Shown: piece by piece, positions 12,001 through 21,620 of the stretch
Layout: the number at the start of each line of letters is the position of its first letter
Numbering within the stretch: the first letter of the stretch is position 1
Source: an uncultured Bacilli bacterium
GTDB lineage: Bacteria > Bacillota_I > Bacilli_A > RF39 > UBA660
Direction of reading: 5' to 3'
NCBI GenBank assembly: GCA_947598325.1
Contig: CANQFD010000001.1
Span: 138,570 to 202,569, forward strand
DNA length: 64,000 nucleotides
Translations under genes and position numbers: made by a program
The notes under the pieces: model-generated
The model's database searches: none
The model's input: the letters and a program-made list of their open reading frames with translations, nothing else
What the model was told of the DNA's origin: nothing

Positions 12001-15000
12001 AAGGTAATACACATATAATTCTGATTCTCCTCCTATTGGAGTACCTCTTGATGAAATTAAATTTAGTCCTTCTCTAGTTTCTTCAAAGTTACCAGCATAT
12101 GCACCTTTACCTCCAAATATTTTACCATCATAGAAATAAGTTTTTCCGACTATATCTATACCATAATCTGATTTATTTACAATTTGTGGGTAATTCTCAT
12201 TGAAATCAGTATTTTTATTACCAAGAACAAGGTCAGCATTTCTTGCATAAACACCTGAAACTGTACTTTCTCCTTCAATATTTATACTACTAGTATATGA
12301 AGGATCTGCATATATTTCCATTCTTCTTTTTATTTTTGAATTATTTATGTGTATCTCTCTTGATTTCATTAATTTATATATATCACCTTGATATATTCCA
12401 TAACTTTCAGAGCTATTATACTCAATATCTCCATACCAATAAACATCGCTATTAACTGTTGAACCATTAAGAGTTAATTTTGATTTAAAACTAGCATCTT
12501 CAATATCATAAGATTGAGTAATAGATGATATAGTTGATCTATTTGATGTCAAATTAGATCCAGAATAAGCTTCATCAGTTATATCATTAATTGTTGCGTC
12601 ATTTAAAGTAATATCAGTCCCTGTACTTTTTATATTACGAATACCAGCATTAAATGTTCCACCGTCAACAAGTAAGGTTCCTCCTCTTAAGATAAAATCT
12701 GAGTTATTATAAGTTACACCAGTTAAATTTATTGTTCCTTCAGAATAATCTTCTTCTTCTTCACCTTTTAATATTACATAACCAGATTCTAAATTTGAAG
12801 AAGATACATTTATTACACCTTTTTCTGAAGATATATTTCCGTTTAATGTAACATTACTAATATTAAAATTACCTTTTCCCTTTGAAACTATTGAAGGTAG
12901 ATAGAATGTCTTTCTTAAAACATTTATATAACTTAAATAGTTATCTACTATTCCACCATTCATATTAATATCTTTTGAACTATAATTATAAATAGCTGAT
13001 GAAGACTCATCATCTTCCTTATTACCAAAACTTCCTCCATTTATAGTAATTGTTCCCTTATCTCTGTTAAAAATATCTCCTTTATAAGTTCCATTTTCTA
13101 TTGTTAAAGTACCATCGTTATCAATTTTATTAGACTCACTATTATCAATTGTCATAGTTCCACTATTTGTATTAGTTCCTGTTATAGTCATATTATTTAT
13201 ATGAATATTACCTGAAGAATTATTAATTTCACTAAAATTAGCATTTTCAACAAGAACAGTTCCACCTTTATTATAATAAGCTCCTACTAAGTTAGCTGAG
13301 TTAATAGTTGTATTACTATTAGAATTTGTAAGTAAACTATCTCCAGATTGACCTAGTGATGAATTTTCAATATATAACTCTCTATTATTAACAACGCCAT
13401 ATTTTTTATTTGAATAATATTTACCACCTTTTATTTTAAGAGAATTATTATTTTCTATTGCATTTGCATTTATAGAAGTAATGCTTCCAGTAGTATCTAA
13501 AGGTAAAGAATCTTCTTCATTCATTGATGATGAATCTATAATTTCTGTTTTACCTGAATTTATAAATCCAACAAAATCTTCCTTAGTAGAAATATTATTT
13601 CCATTTAAATCAAGAATAAAGTTAGAATTTTCTTTATTTATTAACGTAGTATCTAATGTGACATTTTTAAGTACTACAATTGTATCACGTGAAGAATCAT
13701 CTTCTACTATTTTTGCTTCATCTACTGCTTCTTGTAGTTTCATATAATAAATACCGTCAATTCTAGCTTCTGGATCAGCTAAATGCACAAGTGTTGCCTC
13801 TTTTATATCTTCTTTTGTTTGTACGTTAGCGCCATAATGGTCTGGTGTACTTGTAACTTTTCCATTTATTGCTAGATGTCCTGAAACTATACCATCATAA
13901 AAATTTAGAGTGCTTACTGTTTTAATACCAGCAGTTGTACCTTTAATTATAGGTTTAGTAACACTAACATCTGGACCATTTTCACCAAGTGTAAGTACCC
14001 CTTTATTTTCAATTCCAACAGAACTTGTATTTAATATCATACCAGTTTCAGGGTCTTTTTCTTCACTATTATCTATAACTGTAAAGTTACCATTATTTTC
14101 TATTGTATAAGCTTCATTAGATGATACTACAAACCCATTTAAATCTAATATTATATCCTGTGAATCTGATATTGTATTACTCTCCTCAGTATTATCAATC
14201 ATTTGTATTGTACAATGTGTTGAAGCACAGTAATCAATCGCATCTTCTAAATATGTATAGTATAAATAATCTTGCTCTTCTAAATCCTCATTATCTAACT
14301 CAATTATTCTTGCAACATATTTATTTGTATCTTTAGTTGTAACCTCCATTTCATCAGAAGTTACAAAGTTTCCAACTCTATCATAAAGTTCTATATAAAT
14401 TGTATATGTTGTTGATGAATTTAAATCATTAAATTCATACACATCTTCTATTACTTCATTTGCTTCTTGTTGTGTTAGATCTTCATAAATCAAAGTTCCC
14501 GTTAAGCTACCATCTTTAAATATTTTTATAGTTCCAACTCCTGATTCATTATCCTGAACTTTCATATTTAAACTAAATGAAGTTTGTTTTAAATTTGATG
14601 TTGTCATTTGTATTATTTTTGGATTAATTTTATCTATATTTGTTACTAAATGATCTGTTGTATTTCCCTTTTCATTAGTTTTCTTTTTTGATAATCTTGC
14701 TTTTAAACTACAGTTTTCTTCTACTATAAATGGTTTACTATATTTAATATACTCATTTCCATCATCTATTACATATTCTATATCATAATTTTCTTTTATA
14801 ATATTTTCTTGATACTCTACACCATCTTTATCAACTCTTGTTATTGTATCTGGAATTGTCATTGTTACCGTAACATTATTTCTTGTCCATTCAACTGGTA
14901 AATGTGATATATCAACCAAAGCTATTTCTTTAAATGTTGAATAATAAGTTTTATCTTCAAAAATTGGTTCATCAGGATCTATTTCATCGCCATTTTCATC

Positions 15001-16584
15001 AACCCAAGAAACAAATTCATTGAATTTTTTTTCTGGAATCCTATCTGGAATTTCTGGGGTACCACCGTAAGGTATTATTTTAGTGTCAAAAACTTCATAC
15101 TCTGATGTTTCTTCATTAAAATGTTTAAAAGTTAATGTATGATCATCATTTGATTGTATTTTACTCCATTTTGCATATATTACCATATCTTTTTCTATTC
15201 TTGTATTAAAATCAAATTCATTTTCACCCTTTTTATCTAAATACCAACCCTCAAATTTATAGTTTTCCTTACTTGGAGATGATACTTTTTTAACTATATC
15301 GCTATCTAAAACTTCTTGCTCATTAAATATTTCATCATCACTTACAAATACTACAGTATGGTATACCTCACCTGTTAATAATACTTTATTTAAATATGTT
15401 TTTGCTTCCTTTTGATCTTTTAAATCTAAAGTTATTGTTAATGTTTTTTCTTCACCAACTTTTAGTTTTTTAGAAGATAATGTTTTATTATATAACTTTC
15501 CATCACTAAATATCCAGTCTTTATTTTCATCATAGTTAGCATTAAAAGTTAATCCTTCTGGAATATCTTCTTTTACTACTTTTGCATATCCTTCTTTTGT
15601 ACCTGTATTTACAATTTTAAACTCATATGTAATTTTAGCAGATACGTTATCTAATTTTTTAACAGATAATGCTACTTTATTTAAATTATCATAATCATAT
15701 ACTTTTTCAGATCCATTTTCATTTAATACAATTTTCTTTACATATTTTGTTATCTTTGCATTAAATTCCCCACTATTTATAATATTCAAATCAAATTTTT
15801 TACTTTCATTATTAATTTGTATATAATTATTATCTATTTTATAATTTTCATTATTTACAGGTTCAATTTTATATGTACCATTTTCTAAATCACCAAATAC
15901 ATAACTACCATCATCTTTTGTAAATACTGTTTTTATTTTATTACATGTATTTTCATTTTCTACTTTACAAATAGCAAGTTCAATACTATTTAAAATCTCA
16001 TTAGTTTCACTATCTCTAGCTATTCCAGAAATACTTAATGTGCTTACTTTACTATTTGCATTAGTTACTACATCCTTTTCTTCATTTGTACTTTCATTTA
16101 CTTTTACAATTGGGCTAAATACATAATCATTTGGAGCACCTGTTACACTTAAAACTACTTGAGTAACATTTTCTTTATTTGTTTCTACATTTTCTATTAT
16201 TAACTCTAATGTTTTACCACCATCAATTATTCTACTTTTTATATTTTCTTCTTCTTTTAAATTCCAAGAAGCATATTTCAAATCTTCTTCTTTTAATGTT
16301 GCCAAAATAACTAATGTTCTTTTAGTATTTATTTCATCAGTTTTACCTTCTAAAACATATCTAATATCATATGTTATTTTATCGAAACTTTTTACAGTTT
16401 TTGCATCAGACACACTGGAAGCTAATTGTTTCATACTAACATTTGATACTTTTATATCATTTTTATATTTATCAAAATCTGACATTTTTAGTTTTAGTAA
16501 ACCTATTAAAACTACAAAAATTAACAATATTGCTAATATTAATTTCTTATTATTTTTTACAGTATATTCTTTATTTAAGCCCAT
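6031..16584 (-). CDS. Giant (3517 aa) cell-surface adhesin-like protein: CnaB/SpaA-like, DUF11-like, InlB B-repeat and FN3-like domains, repeated beta-helix modules and a C-terminal sorting signal
   Basis: N-terminal hydrophobic helix. TKDDGSYVFGDLENGTYKI (CnaB-like), ITYEFKIVNTG...EDIPEGLTF (DUF11-like), PSKENYKFEGWY...VIYAKW (B-repeat), DLNSSTTYTIYIELYDRVGN (FN3-like) and many I-x-N-x-G-x-L-x-I turns. Ends SIQTG + hydrophobic helix + KKIDKE. Confidence 0.8.
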   Translation of the reverse strand: MGLNKEYTVKNNKKLILAILLIFVVLIGLLKLKMSDFDKYKNDIKVSNVSMKQLASSVSDAKTVKSFDKITYDIRYVLEGKTDEINTKRTLVILATLKEEDLKYASWNLKEEENIKSRIIDGGKTLELIIENVETNKENVTQVVLSVTGAPNDYVFSPIVKVNESTNEEKDVVTNANSKVSTLSISGIARDSETNEILNSIELAICKVENENTCNKIKTVFTKDDGSYVFGDLENGTYKIEPVNNENYKIDNNYIQINNESKKFDLNIINSGEFNAKITKYVKKIVLNENGSEKVYDYDNLNKVALSVKKLDNVSAKITYEFKIVNTGTKEGYAKVVKEDIPEGLTFNANYDENKDWIFSDGKLYNKTLSSKKLKVGEEKTLTITLDLKDQKEAKTYLNKVLLTGEVYHTVVFVSDDEIFNEQEVLDSDIVKKVSSPSKENYKFEGWYLDKKGENEFDFNTRIEKDMVIYAKWSKIQSNDDHTLTFKHFNEETSEYEVFDTKIIPYGGTPEIPDRIPEKKFNEFVSWVDENGDEIDPDEPIFEDKTYYSTFKEIALVDISHLPVEWTRNNVTVTMTIPDTITRVDKDGVEYQENIIKENYDIEYVIDDGNEYIKYSKPFIVEENCSLKARLSKKKTNEKGNTTDHLVTNIDKINPKIIQMTTSNLKQTSFSLNMKVQDNESGVGTIKIFKDGSLTGTLIYEDLTQQEANEVIEDVYEFNDLNSSTTYTIYIELYDRVGNFVTSDEMEVTTKDTNKYVARIIELDNEDLEEQDYLYYTYLEDAIDYCASTHCTIQMIDNTEESNTISDSQDIILDLNGFVVSSNEAYTIENNGNFTVIDNSEEKDPETGMILNTSSVGIENKGVLTLGENGPDVSVTKPIIKGTTAGIKTVSTLNFYDGIVSGHLAINGKVTSTPDHYGANVQTKEDIKEATLVHLADPEARIDGIYYMKLQEAVDEAKIVEDDSSRDTIVVLKNVTLDTTLINKENSNFILDLNGNNISTKEDFVGFINSGKTEIIDSSSMNEEDSLPLDTTGSITSINANAIENNNSLKIKGGKYYSNKKYGVVNNRELYIENSSLGQSGDSLLTNSNSNTTINSANLVGAYYNKGGTVLVENANFSEINNSSGNIHINNMTITGTNTNSGTMTIDNSESNKIDNDGTLTIENGTYKGDIFNRDKGTITINGGSFGNKEDDESSSAIYNYSSKDINMNGGIVDNYLSYINVLRKTFYLPSIVSKGKGNFNISNVTLNGNISSEKGVINVSSSNLESGYVILKGEEEEDYSEGTINLTGVTYNNSDFILRGGTLLVDGGTFNAGIRNIKSTGTDITLNDATINDITDEAYSGSNLTSNRSTISSITQSYDIEDASFKSKLTLNGSTVNSDVYWYGDIEYNSSESYGIYQGDIYKLMKSREIHINNSKIKRRMEIYADPSYTSSINIEGESTVSGVYARNADLVLGNKNTDFNENYPQIVNKSDYGIDIVGKTYFYDGKIFGGKGAYAGNFEETREGLNLISSRGTPIGGESELYVYYLGKNYVAQIGDDKYTSLKDAIDTVNNVVLKDKYEDSYFPNFVTSGTFGFDLVGNELISNSTSRTDESSAYLELDYTNYTEEDIIPISLDISTVGEYSSSDKSYAYITSSNAVPSTSDSSSRFASISGTKDYATYQTTVTGGSTYYLHIYFSNYSNEAKMHVRNLVLGKQPVTGPQNISVGKVPDEDHEIIPVTINLLCDIVATDNIVISNNQSIIINADKYKYSYTGDEPIINNNGILKLLGGTYETKNATPLAVLNNENATLILGSPDIEVSDVPTIKTISGGTAYSGNTGINNKGNLQFYNGHISNMRNPLKGNNPEKIRKRYVLNNENNSLSLIKAPQGVRAQYKDSVDQLQWKEFYTLQEAIDFEISQNQNHSNQRIDKPIIEITNDEYAYSDDGNITIPNDEAVKEFTLNLSSHNYTIDSNITVNGILNISNGTLIINEGKIINNGTLKMSGGSMTVKSSIGVENNGTYQINDFTINSDIKDITVIKNTRTLSIGNDDSDVDVSKPKIYGTVNNTGTVNLYDGLITGNPAYIGDDINIKTPDDFAIKRTVDRETSYETIELESTSNYEILSDHSKYKTLEEALEYITRENLENETIKLISNRVFDGDQSSIEIPISIKNLTIDLNNKEIKTTADKLFIVNGTVTFTNGQITGTDISSLFENNGTLTITNGTYTITGENAKFLENNGTFNTRVGTTISSSDIAIKNNERGIINSNSTTYTGRVENLGNAKFNSDTVPVINNSKEMTVISSKGEELTNNKEATLTYSGDDYTITNSGIVNMTSGDAEIINNEDATFNISNANIDHSITNSGQMSITTGTFNTKITNVQPGTLTIEKGTFNDLSNGTASADPFITNSGKITINGGTYSSYAIHNITSNTDRNKKIERSAINNSGTLEVNDGTFRTSVIGNRGSSSSSTPTEIGNITSTGINNSGILNIEKINFQNRSYLSFTVRSSEGHMEDGKVVYTEKLLIDSICSRDIYNASNGQITFKNYTSSELKPTVFKDFQYSKVQKDTLGKKYYSIENDGTVNMNSGTLEAYNSIYSKNQFTADSSTINSKIEGRGFNISGSSITGDVNLSGDILDNPIYTTINNTTINGNIVNNDYYNVTLKGNSSVTGNITNNKEMTIEDATIIGNINNNGYDSKLTLGVDNDDVSVVTPEINGKIDCSTTGELYFYDGVVKNDNEPGIVVDSKKIFTKKDYKLKTDMDGSKYVSTIEYSPGIVYDIETNEIYLTFASAIQDLVSKGLQNHTLKFRNDLTDFTEQIQIPRDLNVTVDFDNYNISNSINNFIENNGTVVLKNTVFNSQSQNPVLNNNNMTFENITLNTLNKNTQAIINNGQFTIENSNITINSLTIGIVNNGEVNQNSGNIQGNNNTYGTISVKNNERATYNLKSGNIINYSYNITETISPSYELISNESIGIDNFGILNISGGKVDGRLNGIKEDTISDYTETGSFAEYSSYYGVKNNKSGTVLVTENALIETADLSYNGLSTREKSIFDDYSKNYALNNDGKVTITGGTVDSLYDETTSRADDLSISINNDGIIKNLYTKGSYYQIDGGTVNKFNIVGSITGESTYILNGGTITNFEAAENKDSSYKNVNCIISGATIGTLKTEYSRINNIKMTSGLIMTKLVANSVEEILVTGGSINKVELGQSNLTLGVNDQDVSPTTPEITGGISLSSSSYSTYTVNFYDGVIKGSVAIDDIARIVNIPDYYKLSRSVIDDYDTITLIADGDVQKVIVSGGINYTNLQDAVNAAPENDTTNMVLYADYTLESNIVVPSGKIINFYTNSFNFNKGEFSITGEGQFNILDGAVPEGLLASIKKLLNANDESNYSKNLILSMMDNGDNLSLINNYKLQIYKNNEYITLGVDELLEDVGRYVINENSKNYDMKPINGKIYLNNIGKGDYRLIDDNKNELIFKVEDNGNLVGNIKENYKNKSDILSSAEALVITSIQTGIIVRNLFLVFLILILVILSLVVVNKKIDKE

Positions 16585-16765
16585 AATAGCTACACTCCTA
16601 TTTTAAAATTCTATATTATATATATCAATTTTATCATAAAAAGTTATAAAAATATATATTTAGTAAACAAAAAATTATAAATTTCTAATTATATAATAAT
16701 TTTATTTAAAAAAAAGGACATATTATACAAATTTGTCCTCATTTTAGTATACATAAGTTTTATTA

Positions 16766-18685
16766 TTATTTTGCTACATATAACTCATATAAATGATTTT
16801 TACTATCTAGTTTTTTAACTATAATTAAAGCATGACCATCTTCTTTATTTATATTAATTGATGATATTTGTGCATTATTTATATTTCTTATAACCTTTGC
16901 TTTTGAATTTAGTATTTTTACAGTTTTTTCATTTGGATTATTTATAAATACTGCGCCTCTATATGGAGCTACTAGTTTTGATTCTAAATTAATTAGTTCC
17001 TCATTTTTTTCCATCTCATAGTATTTTGTTTCATTATTATTTACATTATATATACATAATTTATTATCATCTAAATATATAATATTATTATTACTATATG
17101 TAATATAAGAAGTTATATCAATATTTATTATTTCTTTTCCCTCTGAATCACAAATAATAGTTTTATCATCTTTTATATATTTATACAAAGTTTTATCTTC
17201 AAATTTTATTTTACTAGCGCTACTATCTTCGCTATTTATCTTTTTATTAGTAGTTGTATTGTATAATATTAAATACGTATTCGGAGTTTTTCCAATAATT
17301 AATTTTTTATCTACTAATACTATTGAAGATGATTCTGTTAATAAAATTTTATCATTTTTATCCATTAATACAGATTTGCCTCTTAAATCTTCATTACTTG
17401 ATGAATTTGAATAATTTATAACTTTATAACCATCTTCATACTCTGTATATTCTGATATAATTAAATCATTTCCTTTAGCGCTATATATTTCTTTATTTTC
17501 ATCAAGATTATATATTATGCTATTTGCTTCATCACAATTGTATGAAGAGCAGTTTATATAAACAACTGAAGAATTTTTTGAATCTAATTTTGATAAAGAA
17601 GAATAATAATATGTTTTTTCTGCATTATATGAATACATTTTGTTATAATCATTTGTTTTTAAGTTTAATACACCAAAAGATTTATCTTCCATATTATCAA
17701 CAAAAACATTTTCTTGATTAGAACTTTCAATACCATATGAATATAAATTATATTTTTTATCATCTATTTTTGATCTAATTTTTTTAACTAAATTTGAATT
17801 ATTTTCCTTATCATTATCTGATAATTTTTTTTGTATTCCTTTTTCATTTAGTCTATATTTTATATTTTCATTTTTAATAACCCTTGTTATTAACATTTCA
17901 TTTTTTATTTTTGATTCTTTGTAATTAATAAAAGAATTACCAACTATTTTTTCTTTATTTAAATTATAATAATAATATAAATTATTTTTTTGATTTTTAA
18001 CTATTAAATAAATTAAATCTCCATTTTCATCATTTACTTCTTTATCAATAATATAATTAGATAATACTTGTTTACCATCTTCATTTAATACATAGTATTT
18101 ATCACTAATTTTTATCATTAAGTATTGTCCATTTGCATAAATTTTATAATCAGAAATTGATGTATACTTTGTTTTACCCTTTTTATCAATTATTACATAA
18201 TTATTTGTATCATTTTCATATAATGCATAATTATCATTAATCTTAATTATTTTTTTATTTGTTGAATATAATTCTTTTCCATTAGTAGTTCTCATAACAT
18301 AATTATATGTTTTATCATTTATCTTTTCTCTAGTTACAATATAATTTTTAGTAGCTTGAACAACAGTTATCTTTTTTTGTCCTTTTTTACTGTAATCTAC
18401 ATTATATTTAGCTATTTTCTTTCCGTTGGAATTAAAAACACTATATGATGCTTTTTTATTTAGATTCCCGCTTACTGCGACTACATATTTACATGATTTA
18501 TCAACGCAATCTATTTCTAAATATTTTGCACTCAATACTTTTTTAACCTTAGTTATATCCTCGTTAATATATGACTTATCTGATGTTCCTCCTAAAATGA
18601 AATTAATTAGCAATATAACTAAAATTATTACAGCTATTATAATTAATATCAAACTATTATTTACTTTTTTATCTTTCTTATTCAT
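16766..18685 (-). CDS. Membrane-anchored extracellular protein, probable beta-propeller
   Basis: A single N-terminal helix followed by repeated beta-strand units such as YSVFNSNGKKI, YVIIDKKGK, YYVLNEDGKQ and IICDSEGKEI. Confidence 0.55.
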   Translation of the reverse strand: MNKKDKKVNNSLILIIIAVIILVILLINFILGGTSDKSYINEDITKVKKVLSAKYLEIDCVDKSCKYVVAVSGNLNKKASYSVFNSNGKKIAKYNVDYSKKGQKKITVVQATKNYIVTREKINDKTYNYVMRTTNGKELYSTNKKIIKINDNYALYENDTNNYVIIDKKGKTKYTSISDYKIYANGQYLMIKISDKYYVLNEDGKQVLSNYIIDKEVNDENGDLIYLIVKNQKNNLYYYYNLNKEKIVGNSFINYKESKIKNEMLITRVIKNENIKYRLNEKGIQKKLSDNDKENNSNLVKKIRSKIDDKKYNLYSYGIESSNQENVFVDNMEDKSFGVLNLKTNDYNKMYSYNAEKTYYYSSLSKLDSKNSSVVYINCSSYNCDEANSIIYNLDENKEIYSAKGNDLIISEYTEYEDGYKVINYSNSSSNEDLRGKSVLMDKNDKILLTESSSIVLVDKKLIIGKTPNTYLILYNTTTNKKINSEDSSASKIKFEDKTLYKYIKDDKTIICDSEGKEIINIDITSYITYSNNNIIYLDDNKLCIYNVNNNETKYYEMEKNEELINLESKLVAPYRGAVFINNPNEKTVKILNSKAKVIRNINNAQISSININKEDGHALIIVKKLDSKNHLYELYVAK

Positions 18686-18747
18686 TAAAACTCCTCCAGT
18701 ACTAAATGTTTTATATTATAAAACAAAACTAATAATTATAATTAGTC

Positions 18748-20046
18748 TTATTTTTTTGTTTTCTTTTCTTTCGCTTCTTTTTTATTCTTTTTTATAACTT
18801 CATCGCTTACTTTTTTTGCATCTATTTCTATAGTATTTGATAATTTATTATCATCTAATACTGACTTTTGTTTTGGTCTTTTTTTAAATATTTTCTTTAA
18901 TACATCCTTCTTGCAAGTAAAGAAACCTAGAACAATTCCTAATGTAAAGGTGAAAAGCATAAGTGAAGAAAATAGTATCCATTCTCTTGAACTTGTAACA
19001 TCTGGACAAGTTTGTACAATTTTCTTTTCTTCTTTTTGTCTCGTTACTGATAAAGTATATACTTCAGTATTTTCATTGTCTTCACTTGTTACATTTATTT
19101 TTATAATATTCTTCCCTACTTTTAAGTTTGTTGTCCCTTCTAACTTTATAGTTGCTTTTTCATTTTCAGGTTTTGCATCTAATTTTATTTTTTTTACTTT
19201 ATATGGAACAGTTAAATTATATTTTTTTATTTCACTAGAAAATTCTATATCATAACCTTTTACTTTTAATTTTTTCAATAATGCATTTGCTTTAAATAAT
19301 TCTTCTTCTGTTGGAGTCATAGTCAAATTTACATTTATTACATATGTTTTAGTTGTAGAGCCATCTTCTGCGGTTACTGTTATCTTAATAATATTTTCGC
19401 CCTTAACAAGTCTTTTATAATTATCTGAAATTAATATTCTAGAGCCTGATGATGAGGCAGAGGCATTAATTGTAAGTTCAGTTATATCTTTAATATCTGC
19501 GGTATATTCATATACATTTTTTGAAAATGAAGGTTTTAATGTTGCATTTGGTATTTTAAGTGAATTTAATGTTGCATCTGAACTTAATGCTTCTATATTA
19601 ACCATAGAACTTGTATTAGTTGCTTGTACATTTTTTCCACTTAAAGATACTAAATTTGAACTATTTAATGTTAAATTAGTACTTCCTGATTTAGCATTTG
19701 ATTTAGCTATAAAAACCAAGGTAGCAAGAGTTCCATTCCCAGATATATTATTAGCTCCTCTTGTTATAGTTATTGGATTACCCGCTGATATATTTGCAAT
19801 ATCACTAGCTCCATTTTTATATTCTAATTTTGATGAATCATATGATAATGTTAAATTGTAATTTTGTATTGAATCAGCTTCAATAGATGATGCATCTGAA
19901 ACATTTATATAAACTGTTACTTCTCCTCCTGGTTTTATAGAATCAGTATTTCTTTCAACTTTAAAGTTCAATGCAAAAGTACTTTTTGGAAAGCAAAACA
20001 TAATAGTTAATATCAAAAATAATTTTAATATAGCCCCTTTTTTCAT
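18748..20046 (-). CDS. Surface protein with a cohesin-like domain, two cadherin-like beta-sandwich domains and a C-terminal membrane anchor
   Basis: Signal peptide ending TFA. IKPGGEVTVYINV...LSYDSSKLEY (cohesin-like). LSSDATLNSL...VTAEDGSTTKTYVINV and NALLKKL...VTSEDNENTEVYTLSV (cadherin-like). TM helix WILFSSLMLFTFTLGIVLGFF. Confidence 0.7.
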   Translation of the reverse strand: MKKGAILKLFLILTIMFCFPKSTFALNFKVERNTDSIKPGGEVTVYINVSDASSIEADSIQNYNLTLSYDSSKLEYKNGASDIANISAGNPITITRGANNISGNGTLATLVFIAKSNAKSGSTNLTLNSSNLVSLSGKNVQATNTSSMVNIEALSSDATLNSLKIPNATLKPSFSKNVYEYTADIKDITELTINASASSSGSRILISDNYKRLVKGENIIKITVTAEDGSTTKTYVINVNLTMTPTEEELFKANALLKKLKVKGYDIEFSSEIKKYNLTVPYKVKKIKLDAKPENEKATIKLEGTTNLKVGKNIIKINVTSEDNENTEVYTLSVTRQKEEKKIVQTCPDVTSSREWILFSSLMLFTFTLGIVLGFFTCKKDVLKKIFKKRPKQKSVLDDNKLSNTIEIDAKKVSDEVIKKNKKEAKEKKTKK

Positions 20047-20061
20047 TTTTATCCTTCTTTC

Positions 20062-21078
20062 TCAAATCAATGATTTGCGTTTATAAATACCTACATTATT
20101 TAAAGTATAAATTCTTAAATGTGCCTTTTTTGTTATTTTTATAAAACATAAACCATTTATTACAATATCCTGTGAGCCATCAACCATAACAGTTGTCATC
20201 TTTAAATCCATTCCTCTTTTGTTCGTCACAGTATTTATTCTACTTACAATTATATCATTTGATATATAAAATGTAAAACTATTTTTCTCACCATTTACGT
20301 ATTCTATACGAAGCAAATTGTCAACCAATAAAGTTTTTCCTTCCTCTAGTTGATATGTTATAGGTCTTATTTCACTTTTAGGCATTACTTTTTTTAGTAT
20401 TTTTGCGGGAATAAAATTACTGATATTATCTTTTTCTATAAAACCTGGTGTATCAATAAGTGTAATATCTTTATTTAATTTTATTTTATTAATATTTATT
20501 GTAGTAGATGGCAAAATACTAGTAGTTAATTTTACATCATTATCTGAATAATTTTTAAGCATCTTGTTTATTAAAGTACTTTTACCTGCATTTGTATTAC
20601 CAGTTACATATACATTATTACTTAACTTATAATTATTAATCATATTAAATAATAAATCCATATTATAATTTGTTTTACTACTTACTAAAATAACATCTAC
20701 TATATTTTTATTAAAATTATATTCCATGAGTCTTGATTTAATTTTATTATCATTTACTGATTTTGGTAATATATCATATTTTGTTACTACTATAATTATA
20801 TTGTTATCAATATACTTATTAACAATATTTATTGAATCATTAATATTAAATACATCTACTAAAAATAATACTAAATCATTAGTTTTATTTATCTGTTTAT
20901 ATATTTCAATATATTCATCAGAATCAGTTTCTACCCTATTTAATTCACCATAATTAATTATTTTAAAACATCTTTCGCATAATTTAGCATCAAGTATCTT
21001 ATCTTCTCTTATATATCCTACTTCATTTTTATTTTCACACTGAAGATAGGCACCACATCCCATGCATTTTTTATTCAT
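20062..21078 (-). CDS. yqeH: Ribosome biogenesis GTPase YqeH
   Basis: N-terminal CMGCG...CERCF zinc finger; circularly permuted order TKYD, GNTNAGKSTLIN, DTPG; adjacent to yqeG. Confidence 0.9.
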   Translation of the reverse strand: MNKKCMGCGAYLQCENKNEVGYIREDKILDAKLCERCFKIINYGELNRVETDSDEYIEIYKQINKTNDLVLFLVDVFNINDSINIVNKYIDNNIIIVVTKYDILPKSVNDNKIKSRLMEYNFNKNIVDVILVSSKTNYNMDLLFNMINNYKLSNNVYVTGNTNAGKSTLINKMLKNYSDNDVKLTTSILPSTTININKIKLNKDITLIDTPGFIEKDNISNFIPAKILKKVMPKSEIRPITYQLEEGKTLLVDNLLRIEYVNGEKNSFTFYISNDIIVSRINTVTNKRGMDLKMTTVMVDGSQDIVINGLCFIKITKKAHLRIYTLNNVGIYKRKSLI

Positions 21079-21586
21079 AATATTTTCCTTTTATTAATTT
21101 ATTTTGTTTTTTATATTTTTTTAAAATAATTCTTTCAAAAAATCTCCAAAATTTAGTATATATAGGTTCTCTATCATCAATCCTATCTACAAAAATAACA
21201 TATAAATCATTTCTTTTTGCTCCTATTACATCAGTCATTATTTGATCACCAATAAATACACATTTATCTTTATCATATTTTTTTATTATTTTTTTATAAT
21301 TTTTCTTTAAAGGTTTCATACTACCAGTAAATATTTCTACATTAAGTTTTTCCTTAAATGGTATTAATCTTTTGTTATTAGAGTTTGAAAATATAAAGCA
21401 TTTAAATCCCATTTTATTTAATTTATTAAATAATTTGATATTTTCATCTGTTGGAATATTATCTAAATAACTTATAAGAGTATTATCAAGATCAAAAAAT
21501 AAATATTTCATGCCCATTTGTTTTAATTTTTTATAATTAATATCGTATATACTTTTTTTATACATATTTGGAATATATTTTTCCAT
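21071..21586 (-). CDS. yqeG: YqeG-family HAD IIIA phosphatase
   Basis: FDLDNTL, FSNS, MKP and IGDQIMTDVIGA motifs. Confidence 0.9.
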   Translation of the reverse strand: MEKYIPNMYKKSIYDINYKKLKQMGMKYLFFDLDNTLISYLDNIPTDENIKLFNKLNKMGFKCFIFSNSNNKRLIPFKEKLNVEIFTGSMKPLKKNYKKIIKKYDKDKCVFIGDQIMTDVIGAKRNDLYVIFVDRIDDREPIYTKFWRFFERIILKKYKKQNKLIKGKYYE

Positions 21587-21620
21587 AAAATTTCTCCTTT
21601 AATTAATTATATAATATTTT

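Noticed and set aside
13681-13696. parS-like sequence TGTATCACGTGAAGAA
   Set aside because: Three mismatches to TGTTTCACGTGAAACA, broken symmetry, a single copy, and inside a coding region.
6031-20046. Cellulosome interpretation of the cohesin-like gene cluster
   Set aside because: No dockerin repeats or glycoside hydrolase catalytic motifs were recognised; a single cohesin-like domain is not enough.
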